Under the pieces are notes generated by a model. It made no database searches, was not told the origin of the DNA, and was given only the letters and a program-made list of their open reading frames with translations. Both the position numbers and the translations under genes were made by a program. A stretch of DNA of 63,673 bases, the filler included, from Octopus bimaculoides (Eukaryota), in assembly GCF_001194135.2 (NCBI RefSeq). It is 8 parts of 7 records of this genome, joined end to end, with 100 filler letters (N's around TTAATTAATTAA, not from the genome) between each part and the next. Parts side by side here need not be neighbours in the genome. Positions count along the whole stretch, not along the records: positions 12,926 to 22,396 come from NC_068990.1; positions 22,497 to 32,222 come from NC_068985.1; 6 more parts are not named here. One strand, given 5' to 3'. Numbering within the stretch: position 1 is the stretch's first letter; the number at the start of each line of letters is the position of its first letter. This document shows, piece by piece, positions 13,100-26,589 of this stretch.

Positions 13100-15560
13100 C
13101 TAGGCATTTCAATTCCCAATGGTGTGAATACGCGGAACCATCTTGTAAAACGCTTCCAGACTCACAACAATACAAAATGAGGGATTAAATAAACAATGCT
13201 GCAAAAGATAAAATGCACAAACACAAAACAGATGAATGAAATAATCAATTAAAATATAGAATAAGCAATCTACACAGCGAAGGAAGTAAAATAGGTCAGA
13301 TGACAGTAGATAAACCTTCCTGAAAAACCAACAAAAATATACATACTGTCTGATGATTAAGTACATCATTAACAACAAACAAAGATAACTGCAAATGCTC
13401 GAATTCTTGACGCTAAAGACTATCTGTTTTAGATAACAGATCAAAACAGCGCAGCATTTAAAAAATACTTCTCTTGAAATCATTTGTTTTGAAAATAACG
13501 CGCCAAAAATTCCATAGGACAATGCATATTGACAATATAGAAACAGATAGAATATCAACAGGAGAAAAATTCGACACATTTTAGCAAACTTATCTTGAGA
13601 AATGAAGCTAAAATAACATCCAGTTAAAAGAGCACGTAACAGCAATAGAAATTGAAAAACCATCTCCCCAAAGTATTTTAATATCGTACTTGCTTTAAAC
13701 AACTCAAAACCTCTACTATTAACAAAATTCAACAATTTTAATGGTTGATATTTAATCTGCTACTCTTCCAGATAACGCCTATCTTCAGTATCTTCCTAAA
13801 CAATGCAGACCAAGCGTCTGTATCCTTTCGAACAATAAGTACAAGAAAAATCTTCAAGACAGTTCCACAGATAATTTTGAAAACACTGACTAATCACATA
13901 CTTTCCGGTAAATTATGAAGTGCACTTCAAAATATTGCTCAATTGGATAATTAAGAACTTAAAACCTAAAAACATAATACGTGTAAGCCAGAAACTGTCC
14001 AACTGGACAACTGGCAAATTCCTTGTTGATGCAAAAGTGCATACAGTAAATACTCCATGAGCATCGATTGAATACATGGCCATTGATAAAGTCAGGCATA
14101 ATAGCTTACTGGATCTACATCAGATTGATGACATCACAAGGAACATCATTGAAACAACACCAAAGAAATAAATGGTAGGTAGTTGTTGAATACTAACAAC
14201 GTTTTGATTGCAAACTCTAGCTTCAGCAGTACATACACTGGGATATTTCAAGTGGATAGTACGTTTGGTCATTCTGTCTTCCTACATTTGACGTTGGATT
14301 GGCTAATAAAAACATCGATTTGTAATATTAGACAGAGGATGAATCAGTCTCAGCTCCACTTCATGTATGACTGAAAACTGTATGGTGAAAAAATGTTCCT
14401 CAAGTTGAAAGACTCCTCAGTATTTCCAAGCAAAATGGCAGGGATACTATGATGGCATGTGGAATGGATAAATGCAAAAACGATGACAATAAAATGAGAC
14501 AAACAGACAAGCAGAGCAGAAGATTTATAATTTTAGGGAAGGGAGATAACACAGGGGCTGGTGAATTCTGATTTCTATTAATACTTCGGTATAGTTGGAA
14601 GTAAAATTGTGCAAATGCTGTACGAATGAGAAAACCAATTAAAAACTCATCTCGCAATAAATATTATTTCTATGCTCGTAATGCATACGGCTCTTTCGTA
14701 TTGGACAGGAGACTAACAGACATAGATTCCATGGACGATAGTAAGGTAAATCTACTTCAAAAATTTTTAATATATACTACACAGTAAGTCTGATACCGAA
14801 ATGTAATGCAGTCCTAAAAATGAAGGTAGTGAAAGGCTACAGAAAGTCGGTAAGACATTTCAGAAGGCAGTTATGAATGTTTCAGTTACACAAGAAAACT
14901 TGTTAGTTGATTTTTCTTAAAAATATAGTTAGTTGATTATATCTGGAGTAAGAGTAAAAGCACGGTACAAGGAAGCAAACCACTAAATTCTGAACCTAAA
15001 ACACCAATAAAAATAAGCATAATGATGGCACATAAGTCAAATAAGTTGAACAAGTATAAAGATTGTGTATCATTCAACCATCGCCAATATGTCCGTCAAC
15101 AGGAAACTTCATATATAAATTTTATTTAAAATCTTTGATTGGATGTCAGATCCAGATTGAATAGAGCAATGTAAGCAACAAGTATTTGCGATATAAGAAC
15201 AGGCCATCGCTATTAGATATATAAGGTAAAATATGGACGATAACTGTTGCTTGAGTGGTGTATTTCCTGAAAGAATACGCCATAAGTATTATAATATCCT
15301 GTACTCCTTCAGACAAAATATACGTGAAGACACAACAACGTTGCAAATTTGATTGCATATGGCCATCCTTCCAGATATAACTCCCCGAGAAATTGTCGAA
15401 TGGCTCACAAAAATTAAAACATCTCAATCCCACAACATGACAAAACATTAAACCTAAAAACCTACAAAATCCGTAACCTATTTACAAGTTTTAGCACCAA
15501 TATTATTGCAATGAATGAATGGTTAATGGAAAAAATAAAAGCATCAAATACTCTGAAGAA
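13100..15560 (+). mobile_element. Heavily decayed Penelope-like retroelement (RT, possibly GIY-YIG)
   Basis: Weak but correctly ordered motifs across frames: ILDAKDYL (13403), YLPKQCRP (13789), IILKTLTNHILS (13871), FLVDAKVHTVNTP (14019), LNTNNVL...G (14186), IIISCTPSDKIYV (~15290), PIYKF (~15478). Strongly A-rich plus strand. Confidence 0.45.
13109..13735 (-). other. 208-codon hydrophobic, Cys-rich ORF of unknown status (TTG start)
   Basis: Longest non-microsatellite, N-free ORF in the supplied track. No family recognised and no ATG start. It lies antisense to the putative Penelope remnant. Confidence 0.25.
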
Positions 15561-16876
15561 CAGAAAAAGTATGGAGATCAATATAAATGTAAAGAGTTTA
15601 AGATTAGTACTGATCACAAAAAAAACAAAACGTAAGCGTATCCAGTGGAAAAAGAAAGAATATAAAAATAATAAAATTATTACCAGGCTTCTGACAGTAT
15701 TCCCTTAATCTAGAATCATTATTCATGAGTAAAATCGTAACAACAAGAAATAGTAAATTTAGTTACGCATAAACAGAATACAATATTACAAATAAAAAAG
15801 AAAGCAAAAGTTGTAAAATCAAATCTGAACCCTATAAGGAAAGGAGATACGTAGTTGCTTCCTTCCGCCTTCATGGCTTTTATTGTTGACATCTTTAACC
15901 AACATGAGCAACTAAATTAGACTTGGATACAAATCATATGTAATGTTATGCTTCATATGGTGGACAATAAGGCACACTTATTTTGAGTTATACAACTGCA
16001 GTCGGTAAATTTCCATGGAATTCTTTGTGATAAAAAGCACCAAAATCACTTTGAAGATAAGGAAGTCTGCATAAACTAGCAATGTCCGTATTTGATAATG
16101 AAACAGTGATACGAGAATTAAACTAATGATAGGCGTATAAATATTTACAATTTGATTACATAAGCACGCACATAAATGAAAGAAAATGTTAGCAGCATCA
16201 GATTAATAATTAAACTGAATTTAAAACAACGAAAACTAGAAGGCATTCGTTCTCAATACCCTAGATATTTTGGTAGTTCGTGCAGTTATAACTTTATGAA
16301 CTTGAAGCTAAGTGAAATAGCAAGACTAGACAGAAAACCAAGTAAAAATAAGGATTGCATTTATAATACATCAACCAAAATGACACATAATGATTATATT
16401 TACCACGAAGAGAGATAGAAACGTTGTCTTAAGCTACTGTAAAAATATCTACTATAGGACAAAAATATCTGGTAAAGGATAAAAAGAATCTAATACGAGC
16501 AGCTAGAATGTTCAAAACAAACAAAAAAAATACTGTTTTCAACGAAGCCAATAAAAACAGAAGAGGGGCTGACGTAGCAGACAGCTGCAAAGAGGTTGGC
16601 GAAACAACAACAGAATCATTTTAAAAGACTGAAATCTAAAGTAAAAAATGTATCTACAAAATGTCCAAAGGAAATTCTCCACTTTAAGCAAAGTGGAATT
16701 GAATATGATAAAGCAGAAAACAACTCAAAGGTGCCTGGGCTACCCAAATCACCGAGTTGAGATGGTGGAATAGCTTTGCTCTTGGCATTAAAACAGTACC
16801 CAAGACATATAATGACGTAAAGTAGAAAAATTATCTGTAGGAAACGAGATGAAGCAATCAATTGCACAATTTCTGA

Positions 16877-16933
<57 letters not shown>

Positions 16934-18407
16934 GGAAAAAGCTTGACTGATATCGAGGTTTTATACACTAGAAACCGCTAATATGTTTAAGAGTTGATAT
17001 CATATGCAAAGTTGTTGATTTTGTAATCAGGCAATAGGCAATATAACTTCGTCGTCAAATAATGCTTGGGCACGGAACAAATGATGCTTACTAGGATCAG
17101 TATATCCATGAATGGGTATATGTGTATGCGTATACAGGCATGTATGTTTGGTATAAATATATATAGAGAGAGACTGTTGATTAACAGCCCAGTCAAGATG
17201 GTATTTTCTTCATCTCCTACTCTTGTATTTGCACACATCTACAAAATGACTTTCTAAAATGAACTTCCATTATGCAGCTGGGGAGTACATTCTCATTGCA
17301 CATCTTATGTGGTGTTCTCACTACATAAATAAATGAAGTTTGTACGAAACGTACGTACTGCTATAACCTAATGAATTTTTGTTGCGTTTCTTCAAATTTT
17401 ATTCACCAAANNNNNNNNNNNNNNNNNNNNNNNNNNNNNNNNNNNNNNNNNNNNNNNNNNNNNNNNNNNNNNNNNNNNNNNNNNNNNNNNNNNNNNNNNN
17501 NNNNNNNNNNNNNNNNNNNNNNNNNNNNNNNNNNNNNNNNNNNNNNNNNNNNNNNNNNNNNNNNNNNNNNNNNNNNNNNNNNNNNNNNNNNNNNNNNNNN
17601 NGAGAGAGAGAGACAGAGACAGAGACAGAGACAGAGAGACAGAGAGACAAAGAGACAGAGAGATTACATTGCATTAGATCATGTCACGTAATATTATTAT
17701 TTCCGTTGATTAAAAAATTTTAAAATGTAATTTTATGAAACGTAGAACATAACAAATTCACGGACGGGATGGTAAGACTGAAACTTGGAAAACTTTTTCT
17801 CCAGAAACATAATCTTTCACATTTGAAAGTATAAATGTGAAGAAATTGTCGAATAACATTAAGGCATAAAAAATTACGACCTGTTAAACGGTGCGTTTAT
17901 TCCGAAACTGCCGTTTTAAATTTTGATTTTTTGCCGCAGTTTTCCTTTCAAGCAACTTGTTGATAACTTGGGTCTGTTTTAATATGTGAATAACAAGGCT
18001 CATTCTGCTTAAGCTAAGATACAAAAGCTGAAGTTAGAAAGAGAATACTACACTGGGACAGATAGAAAAGAAGCAGGCAGGTGCAAGACATTATAAGTTA
18101 TGCCTTTTAACCGATATATATATATACATATATATGAAAAAGAAGTTTCAAAACGCCACTATATAAGATAAATTTTAATTTTCTAAGAGATTTTACATGT
18201 TTCGGTTCTTGAAAAAAACGAACCTTATCAAAAATATATATTTTTCAAAGTGTAATAAGAGAAAAGTTCATAATTATTTCTTACTAGTTTCAACAGAGTC
18301 CAGGTGGAAGTGTTTTATGTGTGGGAACATAATGGCTGCCTTGTGTCACCTACACTTTTTATAAATATATATATATAAAAATATATATATATACATACAT
18401 ACATACA

Positions 18408-18440
<33 letters not shown>

Positions 18441-19599
18441 TTAAATCAAAAAGCAAATTCAAATAATAAAAACCACTACAAACAGAACAAAATTACAAGA
18501 GACATTCACTATTAATTAACATTATTTAATTAAACAGTTATAATTATTGCGTAAAAAAGAGGAGAGCGAGGAAAAACGCTACAAAGAATATGGTTTAGGT
18601 TCACAGGTTCGACCTCTGATCATGTGTTTGCGCGCGTGGGTGCGTGTGTGTTTATGTGTTTATACATTCATTATGCATGTAGTCTTTGAACAAGACTCTT
18701 ATATATAGAATGTACACACAAGGAAAATCGTGTACTCACGCTATCTGGATTGTAACTAATATATAATCAGTTTTTTTTGTTAGTTATTGTTTTAGACAAA
18801 TTTTGTTTCAAACTTTTAACAAAACAAGTTTGCAAATAAATCACTGCCTTAAAAAATGCTTTACAAATAAATCATTGTTTTAATAAATAAAATTCACTAA
18901 TAAATCATTCTGAATTTCGAAAGAAATTAGATATGCAAGTTTCAGTTTCACATTCTTCACCTCACTGTCTTTTCACTTTATTATTCCGTCACCAGCTGCT
19001 TTTTAAAAACAAAACTTGAAGCTTACCAGTTCCAATTGAAATTTTTCAAAATGAGAAATAAGCGGTCCAATAAATTGTGCGGAGCGCAAAAATATGTGTA
19101 ACTTTTTCATTATTTCGACTTTGAAAAGTATTTTGAGATTTTGGAAATTTGGCACATGATTTTTTTTGTTTGTTTGTTTGTTTCTAAATAAAATCGAAAA
19201 GTAATAATCATAATCTTCTATGTATAAAACGTATAAACGCGCAGAAATTATCGATGTATTTTGGAATAACATGTCATGGCCGGTCAAGTGTTCCGCAACG
19301 GTAAAGTTGGAAACGATTCAAAGACAAATCAATCCTTCAAATTAATTAAATAATCTGTCCATCAATTTGGTATGAAATACGACGAACAAACACAAAATGT
19401 ATCCTGCCACCAATATTGATACCGTTTTAGTTAACCTAAGTATCAGCCTCTTGTTACAAAAGTCTACGTATACACGGGTACATATACACAAGCCAGACTA
19501 CTAAAACCCAGTGTCTATCGATGGCTCGAAGCAGTCCCGACAGTCTGATGATTCGAAATGGCTACCTTCTACACTGTGATTACACGAATTCAACAACTA

Positions 19600-20200
19600 G
19601 ATGAACCCATTGCTCAATCAAGCGACTGCAGGTACGAATTTTCCGGAAACCGCGTAGAAAAAAGTGGATGCCATCAATGCCTTGTTTTGAGATTTGTACT
19701 TCCCTGGAAACGAGTTTATAGAACAACATGGATCAGCGTAACATCCTTTGGCGTAACGCAGAGGAGAATTTGTGACGTAAACCTTCTACACTATATGCCG
19801 CGATATGTTTGTTCGATGAACGCAAATGTTTCCATGACACTTTCATGCATGGTCTTTTGCTCACTAAGAACACTAAACTGTCTAATAATATGTCGTGATC
19901 TAAATCTTGTGCTTCGCTGATGTCATTTCTTTTAAGAATAGTAGTAACTTTTCTTGTAAAATTGAGTCAGAGACAAGAATCTCCTGACCATTCCCTTGTG
20001 AAAAACATAAGAATACAGTTCGGTTGAGTTATTTATGTTTCGCTAGAATCGTGGATTTTCTTTCTAACGTGTCACCGTCTTGCTTTCTTGAAGCCGGTTA
20101 CTCTTGTTTTTCCAACGTTGTATTCATGTACAATCTTTAACGAATTACTGCAACAGTAAGGTGCTTTAAAATATTATTTTGCGTTTGATTATTCAATGGC
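19600..20200 (-). mobile_element. pogo/Tigger (CENP-B-like) transposase remnant, internally deleted
   Basis: Minus-strand pieces in the expected order: LKIVHEYNVGKTRVTGFKK (psq-type HTH), ILVSDSILQEK (Tc5 HTH), RHIIRQFSVLSEQK, FPENSYLQSLD (cf. LPPNTTSxLQPLDQG). Confidence 0.55.
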
Positions 20201-22299
20201 ATTCGCAAAGATATAGTAACTGCAATAGATTCAGTACGGTATCAGATACGCATTCGAAACAAGATCTAAAAGTGAATTCTTCCACGAATGAAGATATTAG
20301 TTTGACTTAAAATCCTTCAGCGTGTTAGTTATTTCTACATGATAAAATTATCATAACACTTTTGTTGCCATATTTCTTCCAATTCATTTTGAAAAAAAAA
20401 AAACAGAAAGAATTTAGCCAAATTACTTTGTCGTTATTAAGCTTTGTTTGGAACACAAATTAAAATGAAATTTTCATGGAATTTTTTAATTTAGATTACT
20501 TTAAATAAAGAATGGAGAATCTCCGAATGTGTTTTTTCTTATTTATAAATTTTTAGGCATATTTTGCTGTCGGTTTTGCTTTTAATGCTGTTCAGGATGT
20601 GTGGAGGTGTAGTAGCAGTGGCACTGTCATAAACGAGAGAGCAACATTTATTGTGGGGTTTTTTTCAGCTTTGTAGGCAGGTCACCAGTTGATGGGGGTT
20701 GTAGTATTTTCTAACCTTGAAGAGAAGGGCTAGATTTGGGGATGCAGTCCTGGCTACGTTAAGGATGAGATCTATTTTCACCAGGAGAGGTCTTCGGTGA
20801 TTGTGAAGCTTAACATCTGGAGCGACTGTCGTGATTCTAGTTGTGTGCTGCTCATATTCAAGGGGGATGTGGTACAATAATGTTTCCATGACATGAGTAG
20901 AGTCTGTGTTTTTTGACATTTCCAGATTTTCATCCTTTATCATTAAGGACAAGTATCTTGAGTTTCAGCGATTAAAATTTGTCAGAAAAATGGTTGATGG
21001 AACTAACTTAGATAAACTTTGCATTATGTTTCTTTTAAATGGAAGTGTATGAAGTTTCTAGCAATGTTTAAATAGAAAGTTGTGCTGCCTTCAAAGAAGA
21101 AAAGTAAAGGAAATTCTATGCTGATAAGGATATTTAAAATCACATTGTTATTCTTTGGGAAGTAGATAGAGTATATTCTGACTCAACATCCTGAAATGTT
21201 ACTGAAGAGAAAAATCCACTTCTGTGTTCACCACAAAATAAATACGCCTACACTTCCAATAGGTTGTTTCTAGTGCAACGAAAGCAAGGATATGGCAGTC
21301 TGACGGCAAAAGACTAAAATTCTTAATTCTTCAGGAAAGAAAAAGCTACTGCAACAGCTAAGAAAGTTGAAAACTGTTGAAAGCATAACATTTTCTAGAA
21401 GAACCATCACAAAAATTTTTTATATGCTGGTTCTGTCATTTAAAACAGTAAAGAAAACATTAAGGATAGTTTGCTAGTTTTGGCTGAGTATGGTAACTGT
21501 GATGGTTAGTTTCAGAAAATTCTCTAGGATGATGAATTCATAACTGAGTTTTCTAGTGATGCTCCAGATGTGGAGCTGGAGACAGATTCTACATTGAGTA
21601 TATCTCAGCGACTGTGAAGAATGAATAAGCTGGAATTATGAATGAGATGCACAGGTGTAAGTGAGCTTAAAAGATGGAACAGTTAATCACTACCTCAGGA
21701 TACCTAAAACTGTTAGAGAGCGGATTACTTCCAAACTTGCAAAAATTATTTCCAGGAATAAAATTTTAAAACATACATATTTTAGTGACACAATGCTTGT
21801 ACACATACTGCAAAAGTAACAAAATCGGTTAAAGAAAAATGCACTGAGGAAAATCAAGCTATGCTTACTTGCATGAATGCGCACATATTTTGCAAAGGAT
21901 CAGAGGATTTGCACACAATCACAATACAAATTTTTTGCATGTCTGCAGCAACAGAATTAGAGGGATTGTCGATAGGCAATGAGGTGTTCTATGACTGAAA
22001 GAAAAAGTCACCCACTATTTATCGTTGTTTGGGTGAAGAGGAAAGTTCCAAGATTCGATTTGAATATTTTTGCGCCCAAAGTTCATAAAATTCAAGAATG
22101 GTGGACAAAAACCAAGGAGATTTCAAGGAAACGAGCGATAAGCAACAAGTTGAAAGTCATTTTCAGCCAATGGTATCAGCATTACTCTTAATTGAATTAG
22201 TTGCTTCCTCACATTAAATTCTCAGGGCGGTGGACATCAGACTATCAATAGTTTAGAAGATACTCAGCTGCTACATGCACACACACACACACACAGACA

Positions 22300-22336
<37 letters not shown>

Positions 22337-22496
22337 ACACACGCAAAAATACACACACACACGTGTATATATATATATCTATATCTATATATATATNNNN
22401 NNNNNNNNNNNNNNNNNNNNNNNNNNNNNNNNNNNNNNNNTTAATTAATTAANNNNNNNNNNNNNNNNNNNNNNNNNNNNNNNNNNNNNNNNNNNN

Positions 22497-22571
<75 letters not shown>

Positions 22572-23354
22572 TAGATATAAATATTTATTGCAAGTTGCAA
22601 CAATCAAATAATCAAGAAAATACGACTAAACCACTCACCAGAAAGAGCCGTCGATCTCTCTTATAATACTATGGCTTGCAAACTCCTTACCATTTTTGAA
22701 TCCATCGAATCCACTTCTCCTTCCTATCAACTTTCTATCGAACAAATTTCATTAACTCACCTATTTCTGTTCATCTCATTACACCTGCAAGATATGAACC
22801 GCTTTGAACTGCCGCCATCTTGAAACGTCTCTTTTGTCCCACATTTTTTTCGACAAGTACAATTCAAATAAGATCTTAACTAGTTAACTACTCAGGTTTC
22901 TCTCGGTTATTTTGATCCCTTAATTCACTTAAAAGAAGCTCAGAAATTTTTTGCATAAGCCCTTCCTCTTCAAACTTCCAAACAAATAAGTAAACCACAA
23001 ATAAAAGGAGAGAAATGAAGACGGCGAAGACAACGACAAAAATAATTACTAAAAACAACGGTAGCATCAACGATATCATGAATGGTTGGGAAACGATAAC
23101 ACGCCAAGCACATCATAAAATAATCAACAGTTTAACCGCTCAATCAGCTCTGGATGAATGAAACATGGCTAAAAAGTAGCTACGAATGGAATAAATGCTT
23201 AAATTTTAACGAGGCAAATAACAATCACAGCAGCTCTCCGTATTTACTGACTTCACCACGCTTCTTTGTATAACAGCAACTGTCGTCCAGACGTCATATC
23301 TGATCATGGCATCAAATGATGTATTATCAATAGGTTCACCGAAACATCAGCAAG

Positions 23355-23412
<58 letters not shown>

Positions 23413-23414
23413 CT

Positions 23415-23450
<36 letters not shown>

Positions 23451-23775
23451 TAGAGGCAGCCGACCGCTTACTTCCAATAATAGCTGGAAAAATACGTGTA
23501 AATAATTCATAGATAATTACTGTTCAAGGTGTGTGGAAGGGAAGGCCTGCTGTGTCACGTAAGGTTTGAAGCTATCAGCTACAACGACGGTGTACGGATC
23601 GTCTGCTTCAATGAAAACCTGAAACATTGCTTGATGATGTATACGTGTAATAAATTCATAATCAGTTTTCTTACATGTTATTATTGAGCAGTAAACACTG
23701 GCATAAAAACTGTATCTGACAGTAGGATGGCGAAAAACAACGTGTTTATCAATTATTCATTACTAATATTGCAGC

Positions 23776-23985
23776 AGAGCGGCGATTTGGCAGAATCTTT
23801 AGCAAGCTGGATAAAATGCTTTGCGGCATTTCTCTTTATGTTCTGAGTTCAAATCCCGCTGAAGTCGACTTTGCCTTTCATCCTTGCGGGGTCGGTAAAA
23901 TAAGTAACATTTGGGCATTGGGATCGTTGTAATCTACTCGCTCCTCCTCCAAATTTTCAGGCTCTGTGCCTATAGTAGAAAGATT
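23776..23985 (+). mobile_element. tRNA-derived SINE family 1
   Basis: gcggcgatttggcagaatc...gttctgagttcaaatcccgctgaagtcgactttgcctttcatcc...tgtgcctatagtagaaag. Confidence 0.85.
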
Positions 23986-24224
23986 CATTAATGTTATGAT
24001 AAGGCGGCGAAGTAGCAGAGTTTAAACAACCCTTATTCAGAGACCTTTTGAGTGGGATGGGCTACTCGACCTAAAGAAAATTCTAACTGGGTCCCTCTTG
24101 CAAGTTCATCTGCTTTTTATCTTGATATGGCATCACCATGTTGCGCAAATATGGTTATGATGCATGTGCCTGGTGTACTCTTATCAGACGGGTAGTCATG
24201 ATGGGTATACTGGGCTTTGTATAT

Positions 24225-24478
24225 TTTACATTGATGTCACATTGATGGCAACTAACATATAAAGTGAATGTAGCATGCTGGCACAGAAAGAATACAAGAA
24301 AAGATACGACAGTCTAGGGAGAGTAATCCTCAGGGAGTTATGTAGAAAGTTAGGATTTGAACATGCTGACAAATGGTACGAACGTGAATCTAGTAAAGTA
24401 CTAGAAAGTAAAAAATATAAGATGTTGTGGGACTTTAACATTCAGACTAACAGAGTAATAGAAGCTAAAAGCCTTATT

Positions 24479-24520
<42 letters not shown>

Positions 24521-24881
24521 ATAAAGAGAATAGAAAGTGTCAGATAATTGACTTTACAGTCCCAAATGATGAAAAAAATCAATATATGTATAGAAAAAAT
24601 AGCAAAATACCAGGACCTAGTCATTGAAGTTACAGTGACTAGGGAAAGTACGGGTAAAATGTATCCCGGTAGTTATAGGTGCATTGCGAACTATCCCTAA
24701 AGATTTGAACAGATGGATAGAGGAAATAGGCGTAAAACCCAGTTAGGTACAGCTCCAGAAAACAGTGTTATTAGGAACAGCTAGGATACTTAGGAGGGTT
24801 CTTGGCGTCTAAGATTACTTGTTGTAGCCCAATGTTAGGACTTTTTCTTTTCCAACAGTCTAATCTGTTGTGCGTATATGC

Positions 24882-24930
<49 letters not shown>
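24225..24930 (+). mobile_element. R4/Dong-like non-LTR retrotransposon 3' end (restriction-like endonuclease) with (TAA)n tail
   Basis: SECSMLAQKEYKKRYDSLGRVILRELCRK...MLWDFNIQT...DKENRKCQIIDFTVPND...VIGAL...LQKTVLLGTARILRRVL, then a short 3' UTR and (TAA)n at ~24880-24930. Confidence 0.85.
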
Positions 24931-24933
<3 letters not shown>

Positions 24934-26364
24934 CAACAATGATAATATTTTCTTTTTTGATAATATGTATGCCAGGGTCTGTATGGCGCTATTTGTGAAA
25001 AAAAAATATTTGTACAGATTTTGTTTGGAATACATACGTACTTATAATTGCATGTGTGTACGTACACGCAAGAGTATTCGTATACAACTGTACACATATA
25101 CATACAGATACTCTCNNNNNNNNNNNNNNNNNNNNNNNNNNNNNNNNNNNNNNNNNNNNNNNNNNNNNNNNNNNNNNNNNNNNNNNNNNNNNNNNNNNNN
25201 NNNNNNNNNNNNNNNNNNNNNNNNNNNNNNNNNNNNNNNNNNNNNNNNNNNNNNNNNNNNNNNNNNNNNNNNNNNNNNNNNNNNNNNNNNNNNNNNNNNN
25301 NNNNNNNNNNNNNNNNNNNNNNNNNNNNNNNNNNNNNNNNNNNNNNNNNNNNNNNNNNNNNNNNNNNNNNNNNNNNNNNNNNNNNNNNNNNNNNNNNNNN
25401 NNNNNNNNNNNNNNNNNNNNNNNNNNNNNNNNNNNNNNNNNNNNNNNNNNNNNNNNNNNNNNNNNNNNNNNNNNNNNNNNNNNNNNNNNNNNNNNNNNNN
25501 NNNNNNNNNNNNNNNNNNNNNNNNNNNNNNTCTCTCCTCTCTCTCTCTCCTCTCTCTCTCTCTCTCCTCTTTCTCTCCTTCTCTCTCTCCTTTTCTCTCT
25601 CTCTCGCTCTCTCCCTTTCCCTCTCTCTTTCTCTCTTTCTTTCTCTCTCTCTCATACACACGACACTAATTATCTATGTACGTATATGTGTGTTTGTGAG
25701 TGTACGCGCGTGTGCTTGTTGTGTGAATGTGTGTGAAAGAGAGAGAGAGAGAGAGAAAGAGAAAGGGAAGTAGGAGGGTGAAAAAATAAGCGAATAATGG
25801 AGTGTAGGCAAGTATACGAAAGGGAGATAATCTAATCAGTGGGTCCCGAGAAAGTATGAAGTCAGAGAGGGGGAGAATTAATTTTCGGTCAGAAAGGTCA
25901 GCATGAAATCCAAAACGAAAGCCGAAAGATTTGTTCACTGCTGGATTGGCAGATTGAGTTGACCGGAGGGCAGAATTTGGAAATGACATACGAATTAGAG
26001 GTGAAGATTCATTTGACCGGAGAGGATTGCATTTCAAATTGCTAAGAAACAGTTTTTGCACATTTGGCGTTAAGAATGCTGGGATAGACATGAATGTTAA
26101 TAAATTTACTTGCACGAGCAGACGTCTTGACATAGGAGTCTTACATATATATACACACACACGTACACGCAAACATGCATATTTATGTACACACACAGAC
26201 ACATAAACACACACATGCATAATTACAGACAAGTGTATTCTCATTCATAGACATTCATACACATGCATTTCCATACAAACATACATGCATACATACTCAC
26301 ATGCATACATACATGCATACATACATACTCACATACATACATATATATACATACATGCATACAT

Positions 26365-26535
26365 GGTGGTTGTCTACTCCTTACACAGAGTTTGACCACC
26401 TCCTGCACCTACACCTTAGCCCGTTCATGGCGTCTGATGTGGCTTTTTAAACCAGACAGTGTTTTGAAAAAACACCCACACAGATTGCACCTCTGATTTG
26501 CACTACCAATACCTGCAAGTAAGTTCTGCTCACTG
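26365..26535 (-). mobile_element. RTE-type LINE 3' terminal fragment with a single C2H2-like knuckle
   Basis: CNLCGCFFKTLSGLKSHIRRH followed by a stop and a short UTR, embedded in (TACA)n. RTE ORFs commonly end in CxxC..F....GLxSHxRxH. Confidence 0.55.
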
Positions 26536-26589
26536 TGGATCTTAACATACATACTCACATACATACATATATATACATACATGCATACA

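Noticed and set aside
13025-17400. Possible NUMT or viral insertion (AT-rich, repeat-poor island)
   Set aside because: No mitochondrial or viral protein motifs were recognised even reading TGA as Trp; weak Penelope motifs explain it better.
21820-21910. Cys-spaced stretch CTEENQAMLTCMNAHIFCKG resembling a piggyBac cysteine-rich domain
   Set aside because: No upstream DDD motifs or TTAA-flanked TIRs could be found.
22888-23079. 63-aa single-TM-like ORF on the minus strand
   Set aside because: The hydrophobic part derives from T-rich low-complexity sequence; no homology or splice support.
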